DNA of 64,000 bases from assembly GCA_017617915.1 (NCBI GenBank), contig JAFZVH010000053.1, positions 355-64,354 of the forward strand, given 5' to 3'. This DNA is from Alphaproteobacteria bacterium. Its GTDB lineage: Bacteria > Pseudomonadota > Alphaproteobacteria > Rs-D84. Below, piece by piece: positions 1-11,102 of the stretch. Both the position numbers and the translations under genes were made by a program. The notes beneath the pieces were generated by a model. That model saw only the letters and a list, made by a program, of their open reading frames with translations. It ran no database searches and was not told the origin of the DNA. Positions within the stretch are counted from its first letter, which is position 1; each line of letters opens with the position of its first letter.

Positions 1-2
1 CA

Positions 3-2939
3 AAACTTGGCCATCCTTTCACATTCTATGATGGACCACCGTTTGCCAATGGGTTGCCGCATTGGGGGCATTTGGGGGTGTCAGCCGTCAAAGACATGGT
101 TTCGCGTTTTCAAACTATGCATGGAAAGTATGTTGAACGCGCACTGGGATGGGACTGCCATGGATTGCCAGCCGAAGCATCTGTTGAGAAAAAACAAGGC
201 CGCACCGCAAAAACAATTGTTGCAGATGACGGCATTGCGGCATTCTGTGATTTGTGTCGCGCGGATGTTATGACCTATTCCAATGAATGGTTAAAGTTTA
301 TTGAACGCGTCGGCCGTTGGGTTGACGGTGGCGATGAATATGGCTATCGCACAATGGACAAGAATTTTATGGAATCTGTTCTGTGGGCTATTAAGGCGCT
401 GTATGAAAAAGGCTTGCTGTATAAAGATTTCAAGGTCAATCCGTTTGATTGGAAATTGGGAACTGTGCTGTCTAATTCCGAAGCGTCCAGTGAATATCAA
501 GATATTGTTGATGATACTGTGACGGTTTGGTTTGAATTAGAAAATGGCGACCGTGCACTTGCATGGACAACAACGCCATGGACATTGCCGGCAAATTCTG
601 CATTGGCGGTGAATAATAAAATGAAATATGTCCGTATGCGTCATGATGACGGCCATGTTTATGTCTTGGCTGAATCGCGGCTTTCTGCATATGAAAAAAT
701 ATTTGCAACATCTGAAAAAGTTGGCGAATATATGGGTTCTGAATTGGTCGGATTGCGCTATACGCCGATTTTCCCTTATTACAAAGATTTGGCCGAACAA
801 GGTCATGGCCTGTATACAGTGATTTCTGGGGACTATGTTTCAGACAGTGATGGTACCGGTATCGTCCATATTGCACCGGCCTATGGTGAAGACGACTATA
901 TCGTGGCCAAGGCGATTGACCCGCAATTCCCTGTGATTTTAAATGTTGATGATTATGGCAATTTTGATTCAACTGTTGCTGATTGGGCGGGCGAAAATAT
1001 ATTTGTGGCCAATCCAAAAATTATCGATTGGTTGCGTGCCAATGGCATCTTGGTTAAAAAAGATCAACATAAACACAGTTATCCATTTGGCCCACGCAGC
1101 AAAGAAAAACTTATTTATCGTGCAACCGATGCATGGTATGTAGATGTTCCAAAAATTCGTGACCGCTTGGTTGAAATAACCAAGAATGAAACAACATGGA
1201 CATCGGCGGGCAATCGATTCTTGTCTTGGATTGAAAATGCGCGCCCATGGGGTATTTCACGCAACCGTTTCTGGGGTGTGCCATTACCAATTTGGGAAAA
1301 GAACGGTGAATACAAAATCTTTGGTTCTATCGCAGAATTGGAAGAATTCTTTGGTGTGAAAATCGATGATCTGCATCGTCCAACGCTGGATGCGCTGACC
1401 AAAGACGGATGGAAACGCATTCCAGATGTTTTGGATTGTTGGTTTGAATCTGGTTCTATGCCTTTTGCATCACTGCATTATCCGTTTGAAAACAAAGAGC
1501 TGTTTGAAAAAACTTTCCCTGGCGACTATATCATCGAAGGCCAAGATCAAACGCGTGGTTGGTTTTATTCTCTGATGGTTTTGGCGGTTGCATTGTTTGA
1601 CCGGCCAGCGTTCAAGGTTGTATCTGCGAACGGTATGATTGTTGATGAAAACAAGCGCAAGTTTTCAAAATCGCTTGGAAACTTTGTAAATCCAGAGCAA
1701 CAATTGGATGCCTATGGCGCAGATGCAATCCGCCTGTTTATCTTGGGCAGCAATTTTATGAAAGCCGAACCTGTGCCTGTTGATAAAGAAGGCAAAGTTT
1801 TTGCAGAATCTATCAAAACAATACTTACGCCACTGTGGAATGCGTATCACTTCTTTACGTTGTATGCAAATGCAGGTAATGTGACGGCACGCGAAACATC
1901 ATACAGTGCAGCACAAAACGCATTGGATAAATACATCTTGGCGGAATTAAATGTACTGATAGATGTTGTTGAAAAATCTTTGAACGAATATAAACCAGAT
2001 GTTGCAGTCAAAGAATTTGTGCGTTTCTTGGATGTGTTGAATAATTGGTACATCCGTCGGTCGCGCGCAAGATTCTGGGATGAAGACCAATTAGCGTTTG
2101 ATACGCTGTATACAGTGCTTACAGCCGTATGCCGCGTTTTGGCACCATTGGCACCATTTGTTTCAGAATATATCTATAAAAACCTGACGGGCGCAGAATC
2201 TGTTCATCTGACAGATTGGCCGATTGCAGAAAAGGTTGATACAAAAATCGTTGAAGATATGCGGCGAGTTCAGGAAATCGTATCTGTCGGAAAACAGCTG
2301 CGCGAACAATATAAATTGCGCAATCGTTTGCCACTTTCAAAACTGATTGTTGCGGGTGGCGCGGCAATGAACGAATACACCGATATTATTCGCGATGAAT
2401 TAAATGTGAAATCTGTGGAATGGGTGGACAATACAGCCAAAGTCGCAGACAGTTTCTTGTATTTAATCACGCCAAAGATTGGCGCGCGTTTGGGTGGTGC
2501 ATTGCGTGATATTGTGCCGGCCGTAAAACGCGGTGAATATGAAATTGTTGGCGATAAATTAGTTGTCGGTGAATATACACTGAATTCAGATGAATTTGAA
2601 AATCGCCTTACCGTCAAAGATGGCATCACCGGTCAGGCTTTGCCAGATAACACATCGGTTGTGATTTTGGATACAGAATTAAATGCGGAACTGATCGCCG
2701 AAGGTTTAGCAAACGATGCATTGCGCTTTATCCAAGACACGCGTAAAACAATTTGTTTGGATGTCTCAGACAGAATCAAATTGACCTATACGGCGGATTT
2801 GGCGGTGTCTGGCGCAATCGAGCAATATCGTAAACGCATAATGTCGGATGCACTTGTTGTTGAAATGGCGCCAGGTAGCGCAGAACATTTTACCGAAATC
2901 GAAGGTTATAACTTTGGTGTGTCCATAGAAAAGGCATAA
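3..2939 (+). CDS. ileS: isoleucine--tRNA ligase; the 5' end lies outside the window
   Basis: The frame is open from the window edge (KLGHPFTFYDGPPFANGLPHWGHL, a HIGH-type motif). KFSKS (KMSKS motif) is present. More than 960 aa with class Ia synthetase architecture. Confidence 0.95.
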   Translation, partial: KLGHPFTFYDGPPFANGLPHWGHLGVSAVKDMVSRFQTMHGKYVERALGWDCHGLPAEASVEKKQGRTAKTIVADDGIAAFCDLCRADVMTYSNEWLKFIERVGRWVDGGDEYGYRTMDKNFMESVLWAIKALYEKGLLYKDFKVNPFDWKLGTVLSNSEASSEYQDIVDDTVTVWFELENGDRALAWTTTPWTLPANSALAVNNKMKYVRMRHDDGHVYVLAESRLSAYEKIFATSEKVGEYMGSELVGLRYTPIFPYYKDLAEQGHGLYTVISGDYVSDSDGTGIVHIAPAYGEDDYIVAKAIDPQFPVILNVDDYGNFDSTVADWAGENIFVANPKIIDWLRANGILVKKDQHKHSYPFGPRSKEKLIYRATDAWYVDVPKIRDRLVEITKNETTWTSAGNRFLSWIENARPWGISRNRFWGVPLPIWEKNGEYKIFGSIAELEEFFGVKIDDLHRPTLDALTKDGWKRIPDVLDCWFESGSMPFASLHYPFENKELFEKTFPGDYIIEGQDQTRGWFYSLMVLAVALFDRPAFKVVSANGMIVDENKRKFSKSLGNFVNPEQQLDAYGADAIRLFILGSNFMKAEPVPVDKEGKVFAESIKTILTPLWNAYHFFTLYANAGNVTARETSYSAAQNALDKYILAELNVLIDVVEKSLNEYKPDVAVKEFVRFLDVLNNWYIRRSRARFWDEDQLAFDTLYTVLTAVCRVLAPLAPFVSEYIYKNLTGAESVHLTDWPIAEKVDTKIVEDMRRVQEIVSVGKQLREQYKLRNRLPLSKLIVAGGAAMNEYTDIIRDELNVKSVEWVDNTAKVADSFLYLITPKIGARLGGALRDIVPAVKRGEYEIVGDKLVVGEYTLNSDEFENRLTVKDGITGQALPDNTSVVILDTELNAELIAEGLANDALRFIQDTRKTICLDVSDRIKLTYTADLAVSGAIEQYRKRIMSDALVVEMAPGSAEHFTEIEGYNFGVSIEKA

Positions 2940-2943
2940 GGCA

Positions 2944-3594
2944 ATGATAACGCCACAGCGATTTTTTGAAATCGTACCGAAAAATTTAAATATGAATATT
3001 CGGTCGGAACTGTATTCTACAAACGATTTCACTTTTGCTGTGGCGGTTATTTTGTCGGCCCAGGCGACTGATAAAAAGGTCAACGAAGTAACACCTGCTC
3101 TGTTTCGCGTTGCGCCAACGCCAAAGAAAATGTTGGATTTGGGCTTAGATGGGCTTAAAAAACATATTCGTGTCATATCTTTCTTTAATAACAAGGCGAA
3201 AAATATCATCGCATTGGCAACGGAACTGTCGCAATATGATTTGGGCGAAGATAAATTCGTTTTTCCAAAAAAATATCACAGTCGCGATGAACTTATGACA
3301 TTGGCCGGCATCGGTCAAAAGACCGCAAATGTTATAATGAATGTGCTGTGGAATGCACCGATGATAGGCGTTGATACGCATGTTTTCCGCCTTGCACACA
3401 GGTATGGTTGGGTTGATGAAAATGCAAACACGCCCGACAAAGTTGAACAAGAATTATTACGCGTAATTCCAAAAAAATATCACGATATTACAAACCATGT
3501 AATGGTTTTGTTCGGTCGTTATACTTGTACGGCACTGCGCCCAAAGTGCGACAAATGCCCGCTTGCAAAATATTGCACAGCCAGCAAAGACTAA
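2944..3594 (+). CDS. nth: endonuclease III
   Basis: Helix-hairpin-helix motif LAGIGQKTANV and a C-terminal 4Fe-4S cysteine cluster CTALRPKCDKCPLAKYC. Confidence 0.9.
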   Translation: MITPQRFFEIVPKNLNMNIRSELYSTNDFTFAVAVILSAQATDKKVNEVTPALFRVAPTPKKMLDLGLDGLKKHIRVISFFNNKAKNIIALATELSQYDLGEDKFVFPKKYHSRDELMTLAGIGQKTANVIMNVLWNAPMIGVDTHVFRLAHRYGWVDENANTPDKVEQELLRVIPKKYHDITNHVMVLFGRYTCTALRPKCDKCPLAKYCTASKD

Positions 3595-4922
3595 CTTTCA
3601 AACGGATTTTCTGATTTTTCGTATTCAATGGTAATTGGCAAGTGTTCCAAATGCAGCGCAGTTGCAATACCGCGACGCAGATAACGTGTATAAGATTCAG
3701 GTATATCAGATGCACCACCAACATTTATTGTTATGCGCATTGGATGACGCCCAGTTTGCCGCGCAAATTTTATTTTCATCGGGCGTTTAAGACGCGACAT
3801 AGGTGGCTGGCGCAGATTTACGAGTTCCCCAACGATTTTATTTATTAAACTGGTTGGTGCGGTTGCGCCTGCGATATCAAACTGTTCATAAATTCTTTTG
3901 AACATATTTTGTACACCTGTTCCCTTTTCTGCAGAAATCGCCAAAATCATAGGCTTTATAATCTGGTGAAAAGAATTTGCAAATTTGTGTTTTAACTTTA
4001 ACAATTTTTCGTCGCGTTCGTCTGGTTCTATCAAATCCCATTTGTTTAGTGCCACACATAAAATCTTGCCCGCATCGTAAACACGCGCCGCAATCCCCAA
4101 TGCCTGATTTTCAATATCACGCGTTGCATCAACAACCAAAACAACAACATCAGATTTTTCAATGGCGTCCAAAGATTTTAATGCAGACAAAGTTTCAACA
4201 TCATCGCGAACATTCGATTTGCGGCGCAAGCCCGCAGTGTCCATCAACAAAATATCGCGTCCATAAAAACGCGTAGGAATTTTAACGGTGTCGCGAGTGA
4301 CCCCAGGCAGGTCTTTTACAATCTGGCGATTTTCGCCCAAAACACGATTTACCAATGTGGATTTTCCAACATTTGGCTGACCTAAAATTGCGATTTTTAC
4401 GCGTCTGTCGGGTTCGGTAGTTTCGGTTTTGCTGTCTGGTATATTTTTTTCCAAAAATTCAAAAATTTCATCAAAACCAGCCTTGTGTTCTGCGGAAATC
4501 ATCACAGGATCGCCAAACCCCAATTTATAAAATTCGTGTACATCAGACAGCCTTTTACTGGATTCTGCTTTGTTTATCAGCAGTAATATTGGTGCCCGCG
4601 TTTTGCGGCGAACGGCACGTGCCCAAGACATATCTTCGGCAAGCAATCCTGCGCGCCCATCAACAACAAATAAAATTGCGTCGGCATCCGATATCGCGTC
4701 CATTGCCATATTGGTTGAATCTGCGGCAATGCCATCGCGTGCGGATTCTAATCCTGCCGTATCAAACAGTTGATATTCTGGATGCCCAGAAACAGTGCCA
4801 CCAATTGTGTCGCGTGTAACCCCGGGGCGATCGTGAACCAGTGCATCACGCGTTCCAGTTAGTGCATTAAACAAAGTCGATTTGCCGGTATTTGGCCGAC
4901 CGGCGATAGTTATTTTTGCCAT
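3591..4922 (-). CDS. der: ribosome-associated GTPase Der/EngA
   Basis: Two tandem GTPase domains with P-loops GRPNTGKS and GQPNVGKS. The ORF-track TTG start at 4958 runs through a TATAAT-like box, so I prefer ATG 4922 (MAKITIAG). Confidence 0.9.
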   Translation of the reverse strand: MAKITIAGRPNTGKSTLFNALTGTRDALVHDRPGVTRDTIGGTVSGHPEYQLFDTAGLESARDGIAADSTNMAMDAISDADAILFVVDGRAGLLAEDMSWARAVRRKTRAPILLLINKAESSKRLSDVHEFYKLGFGDPVMISAEHKAGFDEIFEFLEKNIPDSKTETTEPDRRVKIAILGQPNVGKSTLVNRVLGENRQIVKDLPGVTRDTVKIPTRFYGRDILLMDTAGLRRKSNVRDDVETLSALKSLDAIEKSDVVVLVVDATRDIENQALGIAARVYDAGKILCVALNKWDLIEPDERDEKLLKLKHKFANSFHQIIKPMILAISAEKGTGVQNMFKRIYEQFDIAGATAPTSLINKIVGELVNLRQPPMSRLKRPMKIKFARQTGRHPMRITINVGGASDIPESYTRYLRRGIATALHLEHLPITIEYEKSENPFES

Positions 4923-4989
4923 GTCTTTTTCCGTTGATTTTTTTTTATTATAAAGCAAAAATATAAATAATCAAATAAAGGACGCGCAA

Positions 4990-5583
4990 ATGAGCAAAAT
5001 AAAAAAATGGTATAAATCAATCAAAGATATCATTATCAATCCGCGCCGCTTTTTTTCCAAGATTGTGGCTGACGGCGATATAGAAGAATCTATGTTGCGT
5101 GCATTTATATTCGGCCTGATTGGTGGAATTTTGGTTTTAAGTATGCATTTAATTGGCGGTGCCGAAGTGACGGTCAGTTCTGTGTTTTCGGCGCTTGTGA
5201 TAGTTCCTGTGGTTGCGGTTGCGTTGTTGTTCGTTGGCGGTGGGCTTATGATGTTGGTTTCTGAAATTACAGGCGGCGAACGCGATTGGGAAATTGCTAT
5301 CAAAGGTTTGGCGTCAATATTCTTTATATACCCTGTGATTCTGGTTTTGAACGCGGCGGCCTTTAATTGCACCAGCCTGTGGGTGGTCAGTATAGTTGGT
5401 GATGCATATGTTTTGTTCTTGTTCTATAATATTGCATTGTATTGCATGCATGGTCGGCGTGGTGCGGTAATGATGGTTGTTGGTGTATTTGCAATCTTTA
5501 TGATAACGGTTTATTTAACGAATTATCATGTGGGCTGGTTTTTGTTAAAAAACACAACTGCGGCGCTATCTTGCCTGTTGTAA
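4990..5583 (+). CDS. multi-pass membrane protein, possibly Yip1-domain family
   Basis: Soluble N-terminus (INPRRFFSKI) followed by 4-5 hydrophobic helices. Divergent from der. The family call is from memory of Yip1/DUF1282 N-termini. Confidence 0.5.
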   Translation: MSKIKKWYKSIKDIIINPRRFFSKIVADGDIEESMLRAFIFGLIGGILVLSMHLIGGAEVTVSSVFSALVIVPVVAVALLFVGGGLMMLVSEITGGERDWEIAIKGLASIFFIYPVILVLNAAAFNCTSLWVVSIVGDAYVLFLFYNIALYCMHGRRGAVMMVVGVFAIFMITVYLTNYHVGWFLLKNTTAALSCLL

Positions 5584-5593
5584 TACTTATTTC

Positions 5594-5621
5594 TTGCAAT
5601 TGAGAATTTCTTTGTTATAAT
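5594..5621 (+). promoter_or_regulatory. sigma70-like promoter for tRNA-Val
   Basis: TTGCAA (5594-5599), a 16-nt spacer, then TATAAT (5616-5621), 12 nt upstream of the tRNA 5' end. Confidence 0.5.
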
Positions 5622-5633
5622 GCGTTGCGCCTT

Positions 5634-5710
5634 GGGTGGTTAGCTCAGTTGGTTAGAGCGTTACGTTGACATCGTAAAGGTCGTTGGTTCGAGTCCAATA
5701 CCACCCACCA
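5634..5710 (+). tRNA. tRNA-Val (anticodon GAC)
   Basis: Hand-folded cloverleaf: acceptor GGGTGGT/ACCACCC, D arm GCTC..GAGC, anticodon stem TTACG/CGTAA with loop TTGACAT, T arm GTTGG-TTCGAGT-CCAAT, encoded CCA. 77 nt. Confidence 0.93.
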
Positions 5711-5782
5711 ATTTTTCAGAGAAATAATACAATGAAACGAATGCAAAGATAATTTTGAACAAACATAAAAACGGGAATTCTT

Positions 5783-5809
5783 GGGACGCCCCGTTTGGCG
5801 TCCCTTTTT
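5783..5809 (+). terminator. intrinsic terminator after tRNA-Val
   Basis: GGGACGCC-ccgttt-GGCGTCCC followed by TTTTT. It lies inside the upstream extension of the metG ORF (start 5795), which argues for the 5828 start. Confidence 0.7.
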
Positions 5810-5827
5810 CATAAAAAAGGATGTGCG

Positions 5828-7453
5828 ATGTCGAAAAAATATCTTATTACTTCTGCCCTGCCCTATGTGAACAATAATTTGCACATTGGGCATTTGATAG
5901 GTTGTTTGTTGCCCAGTGATGTTTATGCGCGTTTTTGTCGTGCGATGGGGCGTGATGTTTTGTATGTTGGCGGTTCTGATGAGCATGGCACAACCAGTGA
6001 AATTGGCGCACAAAAGGAAAATATGCCTGTTGAAGACTATGTTGAAAAATATCGCGCAAATCATCTGAATGCGGTGCGTGATTTCAATTTGTCTTTTGAT
6101 TTATATGGTCGTACACATACGCCGCAGCACGAAAAACTGATTCACGAATTGTTTAATCGTCTGGATTCTTTGGGAATGATAGAAGAAAAAGTATCAAAGC
6201 AACCATATTCTGTGGATGAAAAGAAGTTTTTGGCGGACCGCTATGTTATTGGTACTTGCCCACATTGTGGAAATGAACGCGCATATGGTAACGAGTGTGA
6301 AAAATGCGGTGCATCCCTTGACCCGTCCGATTTAATAAGCCCGCATAGCGCGATTGACCCAACGTCACCTGTGGAAATGCGCGAAACCAAACACCTATAT
6401 TTTAAATTGAGTGCTATGCAAGATAAGTTGCGCGCATGGGTAAATTCGCGTCAGGGTTGGCCAAAAACCGCGGTCACAATTGCGAATAAATGGCTTGATG
6501 AAGGTTTGCGCGATAACCCAATTACGCGTGATTTAAAATGGGGAATTCCGGTGAATAAAGAGGGTTATGAAGACAAGGTTTTCTATGTTTGGTTTGATGC
6601 GCCATGGGGCTATGTTTCTATTTCCCAGATTGCGAACCCCGATTGGGCGTCTTGGTGGAAAAATCCAGATTGCCATTACACACAATTTATGGCCAAAGAT
6701 AATGTATCTTTCCACTCGGTATTTTTCCCGGCCCAAGAATTGGCAATGGATGATAATTGGAAAACAGTTGATGTATTAAAAGGACAAAACTTTTTGAACT
6801 TTAACGGTGCAAAAATTTCTAAATCAACCGGCAATGGAATCTTTTTGGATCAGGCATTGGATATAGCGCCAAGCGATTGCTGGCGTTATGCGCTTTTGGC
6901 ATCGGCACCTGAAACAGATGATACAGATTTTACTCTTGTGCGTTTTGCTGAAATCGTGAACAAAGATTTGAACGGTTTGCTTGGAAACTTTGTGTCGCGT
7001 GTTTGCAAACTGTCGAATAAAAACTTTGGTGATACTGTGCCGTCTGGCGCGGCAATGGATGAAACCCTTGCACACCAAGTGAACGAAAAATTGGCGGAAT
7101 TGACCGGTGCATTAGAGGCATGCGAATTTCGTAAATCTATCGTTGCATTGCGTGAAATTTACGGCATTGCAAATGAATATATGACGGCCAAAGAACCTTG
7201 GGCCTTGGTAAAGAATGGCGATATGGCGGGCGCAGCGGCGGTTTTGAACGAATGTTTCCAACTGATTGATTTGTTTGCACGTATATCTGCACCGTTTATC
7301 CCAGACGCGGCGGCCAAGATTCAAAACATATTTGAAATCAAACACGATTTATCTTGGCCAACAATGTATGAACACAGAATTGAAGCGCAAGAAAAATTCA
7401 CAGTACCAGAAAATCTGTTCAGCAGGATTGAAATCGAATTAAATAAAGAATAA
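5828..7453 (+). CDS. metG: methionine--tRNA ligase
   Basis: ALPYVNNNLHIGHL (HIGH), KISKS (KMSKS), and the zinc knuckle CPHCGNERAYGNECEKCG. ATG 5828 is preferred because 5795 overlaps the terminator hairpin. Confidence 0.93.
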   Translation: MSKKYLITSALPYVNNNLHIGHLIGCLLPSDVYARFCRAMGRDVLYVGGSDEHGTTSEIGAQKENMPVEDYVEKYRANHLNAVRDFNLSFDLYGRTHTPQHEKLIHELFNRLDSLGMIEEKVSKQPYSVDEKKFLADRYVIGTCPHCGNERAYGNECEKCGASLDPSDLISPHSAIDPTSPVEMRETKHLYFKLSAMQDKLRAWVNSRQGWPKTAVTIANKWLDEGLRDNPITRDLKWGIPVNKEGYEDKVFYVWFDAPWGYVSISQIANPDWASWWKNPDCHYTQFMAKDNVSFHSVFFPAQELAMDDNWKTVDVLKGQNFLNFNGAKISKSTGNGIFLDQALDIAPSDCWRYALLASAPETDDTDFTLVRFAEIVNKDLNGLLGNFVSRVCKLSNKNFGDTVPSGAAMDETLAHQVNEKLAELTGALEACEFRKSIVALREIYGIANEYMTAKEPWALVKNGDMAGAAAVLNECFQLIDLFARISAPFIPDAAAKIQNIFEIKHDLSWPTMYEHRIEAQEKFTVPENLFSRIEIELNKE

Positions 7454-7464
7454 GAGGCTAAATA

Positions 7465-8052
7465 ATGAATTTGAAAATGTTAGTAGTGTTTTCTTTTATG
7501 GATCACGACGAATATGTTCCGGCGCATAGAAAACTTGATAACATAAATCAGTTAAAAGATTATATCGCGGGTTGCTGTCAGGCAAATCAAAAGAAAATAC
7601 ATAAAATTGAAATAATACGTGACCTTTGCCTTATCAATTTGGATGAAGGTGAAAAACGTTTTATGGATTTTAATCAGGATTCAATAGATGGACACAAGGT
7701 TTTAAGCAGGATAGAGGACGGAAAAATTACACTTATTACGCCACAATACTACTATCCAAAAGATGTAAGAAAATTGTTGAAAAAAGAATACGGTTCTGTA
7801 TTAAATTTTAACCCAGCAGATGAGAAGAAGCCTGGCATTTACACTGTTTATGAACACACATCCAGAGGGTTAATGAACCAAAAAACTTTCTGTCCATGTA
7901 TAAATACTTGGAATGATGTGTCATGGAAACCCCTCACAACAAAAGACATTGTTGTTGATAAAAATTGTAATCAGATTTGGCCGACTGCGACAAAACAACC
8001 ACCAATTGGCTTGATCGAATTATTAAGCAAGAAAACAGAAAAAGTGTATTAA
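7465..8052 (+). CDS. hypothetical protein (orphan, paralog of 8182-8661)
   Basis: 195-aa ORF in an AT-rich stretch (about 30-35% G+C in hand-counted lines). Shares KDVRKLLKKE and IWPTATKQPPIGLIELL patterns with the next orphan. Confidence 0.6.
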   Translation: MNLKMLVVFSFMDHDEYVPAHRKLDNINQLKDYIAGCCQANQKKIHKIEIIRDLCLINLDEGEKRFMDFNQDSIDGHKVLSRIEDGKITLITPQYYYPKDVRKLLKKEYGSVLNFNPADEKKPGIYTVYEHTSRGLMNQKTFCPCINTWNDVSWKPLTTKDIVVDKNCNQIWPTATKQPPIGLIELLSKKTEKVY

Positions 8053-8053
8053 A

Positions 8054-8185
8054 ATGAAACTTGTATCGGTATCTTGCTGTGCACCGTGCAGTGCGGGCGC
8101 GATAAAAGAACTGGCCGACGGCAAAATTGCCAGTGTGGACGGTGAGAGTGTAGCAATAATCCGAAACACGCGAGGCACAAAATGA
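8054..8185 (+). pseudogene. stranded 5' fragment of queH (43 codons, open frame)
   Basis: 8054-8140 matches the true queH start 8658-8744 at 77 of 87 nt (MKLVSVSCCAPCSAGAIKELADGKIASVD). It then diverges and stops at a TGA overlapping the ATG at 8182. Confidence 0.7.
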
Positions 8186-8661
8186 GAAAACTAAAATTTA
8201 ACAGAATTTGCCCATCTTATGATGATTATGGTTATACTGTGTACGATTTGAATCATAATATTTTGCATAACGATGGGATGATTTTAAATTCGGTATATTG
8301 GGCAAAAGAGATTTCTGATCTAAAAATAACAGAACCTTTTGAGGTGTCGGCGTCTTATACAATCAACTATGTTGATACATGGGGCAGACATCTGTTGCCG
8401 CACGAGATAACAAACCCAGAAAAATACAACAGTTTTGGTTATCCCATTGTACACAGTGTTAAACGTCATATACAATTTTGGGTGGCTCCAGATTACAGTG
8501 ATACAAAGAATCTGATTAAACAATTAAAGAAACAAAATAGAAATACAGACGAATTGTTGATTGTGAACAATAATTTGCACGAAGTGCACCCAGACCCTTC
8601 GGTTTGTATTCCATTCAAAATACTTCGGTTCTTAGAGTGTTTGCCAAGAAAAAAAAGATGA
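8182..8661 (+). CDS. hypothetical protein (orphan, paralog of 7465-8052)
   Basis: 159-aa ORF. ATGA overlaps at both ends (8182/8185 and 8658/8661). Carries the KNLIKQLKKQ and VHPDPSVCIPFKILRFL patterns. Confidence 0.6.
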   Translation: MRKLKFNRICPSYDDYGYTVYDLNHNILHNDGMILNSVYWAKEISDLKITEPFEVSASYTINYVDTWGRHLLPHEITNPEKYNSFGYPIVHSVKRHIQFWVAPDYSDTKNLIKQLKKQNRNTDELLIVNNNLHEVHPDPSVCIPFKILRFLECLPRKKR

Positions 8662-9182
8662 AACTGGTGTTAGTATCTTGCTGTGCGCCGTGCAGTGCGG
8701 GCGCGATAAAAGAACTGGCGGATGGCAAAATTGCCGGCGTGGATGATTTCATTGTTTTATTTTTTAACCCTAATATTTTTCCCGAAAGCGAATATACGCG
8801 CAGGATGCAAGAACAGATTAAATACTGTGAAAAGATGGGTGTAAAATATAAAATTGGCGAATACGACCACGATGCGTGGCGTGTGGCGGTGCGTGGTCTG
8901 GAAAGTGAACCAGAACGCGGCGGTCGCTGCAGTATTTGCTTTGCATACCGCTTTGAATATGCCAAAAAATTTGCACGCGAAAATGGCTATGATGCGGTTG
9001 CATCTGTATTGGGCGTGTCGCGGCATAAAAGTCAGGCACAGGTTGATGCGGCCGCCGCGTCAGTTTGTGATGACATAAAATATTTACCGATTAAATGGGA
9101 TGAAAGTTTGCGTCAAAAAATTGGTCGCGAATCTGATTTTTACCGTCAAAATTATTGCGGTTGTGAATTTAGTATTAGAGGT

Positions 9183-9185
<3 letters not shown>
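8658..9185 (+). CDS. queH: epoxyqueuosine reductase QueH (DUF208 family)
   Basis: MKLVLVSCCAPCS..., CSICFAYRF, YRQNYCGCEFS cysteine motifs and a size of about 175 aa. The ORF-track start at 8604 lies inside the preceding gene. Confidence 0.8.
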
Positions 9186-10366
<1,181 letters not shown>

Positions 10367-10438
10367 TTATGAAAAATCAAGTAATCGGAAGTGTTTTTTT
10401 GTTTGACTTTGCATATATTTTGCTATTATTTTGGAACT

Positions 10439-10807
10439 ATGCGAGATACTATAAAAAAACATGCAGATTTTATAACGGCTGACACCGACCCAATGGCGCG
10501 TTCGGCGTACTTTATTGTGCGTGCGAAAAATGCGCGTTTTGCAGAGAATCCACGCATAGGTTTTACGGCGACCAAGCATACATTTAAATTGGCGGTTCAT
10601 CGTAACAGGGCAAAGCGCCTTATGCGTGACTGGGTCAGATTTTATTCCGATTTACTTGCGCCAGAATTTGATTATGTTTTTATTGCGCGCGCACCAATTT
10701 TAGAAGCAACCCGCGACCTTGGACGCGAAGCAATGTTCAAAGCACTGAAACACATAATGCGAAAATATGCACCGAAAAATGAGCATAATCGTGAAAAATT
10801 TAAATAA
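10439..10807 (+). CDS. rnpA: ribonuclease P protein component
   Basis: About 120 aa and basic, with FGFTATKHTFKLAVHRNRAKRLMR (RNR motif region), followed by yidD. Start chosen at MRDTIKK. Confidence 0.8.
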   Translation: MRDTIKKHADFITADTDPMARSAYFIVRAKNARFAENPRIGFTATKHTFKLAVHRNRAKRLMRDWVRFYSDLLAPEFDYVFIARAPILEATRDLGREAMFKALKHIMRKYAPKNEHNREKFK

Positions 10808-11027
10808 AATTCCGCGGAAAATCGGTATTGGTTTGATAGTTTTTTATCAAAAATGTATATCGCCGATATTCGGCGGCCGTGCGGTTTGCCGCTTTAGCCC
10901 AACTTGCAGTGAATATACTAAAATAGCTATTTCGCGTTATGGACTGGTGCGGGGAATAATAATGGGTGCGCGGCGGATATCGCGTTGCCGGCCTGGTGGG
11001 GGATGTGGTTTTGACCCTGTGCCTTGA
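10779..11027 (+). CDS. yidD: membrane protein insertion efficiency factor YidD
   Basis: FYQKCISPIFGGRAVCRFSPTCSEYTKIAISRYG and CRPGGGCGFDPVP. Overlaps the rnpA 3' end. Start is uncertain (10767, 10779 or GTG 10791). Confidence 0.88.
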   Translation: MSIIVKNLNKIPRKIGIGLIVFYQKCISPIFGGRAVCRFSPTCSEYTKIAISRYGLVRGIIMGARRISRCRPGGGCGFDPVP

Positions 11028-11102
11028 CAAGTTGTGGTTTTATGCTAAAATTTATGTAATAATGTCTAGTGACACAAAGTAATTTTACAAAAGGATAATA
11101 AA

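Noticed and set aside
472-1017. 181-aa minus-strand ORF and other short ORFs inside ileS.
   Set aside because: They are antisense or off-frame within a clearly conserved class I synthetase gene.
5795-5827. Upstream start of the metG ORF (MASLFHKKGCA...).
   Set aside because: This extension overlaps the GGGACGCC/GGCGTCCC terminator that follows tRNA-Val. ATG 5828 gives the conserved MetRS N-terminus.
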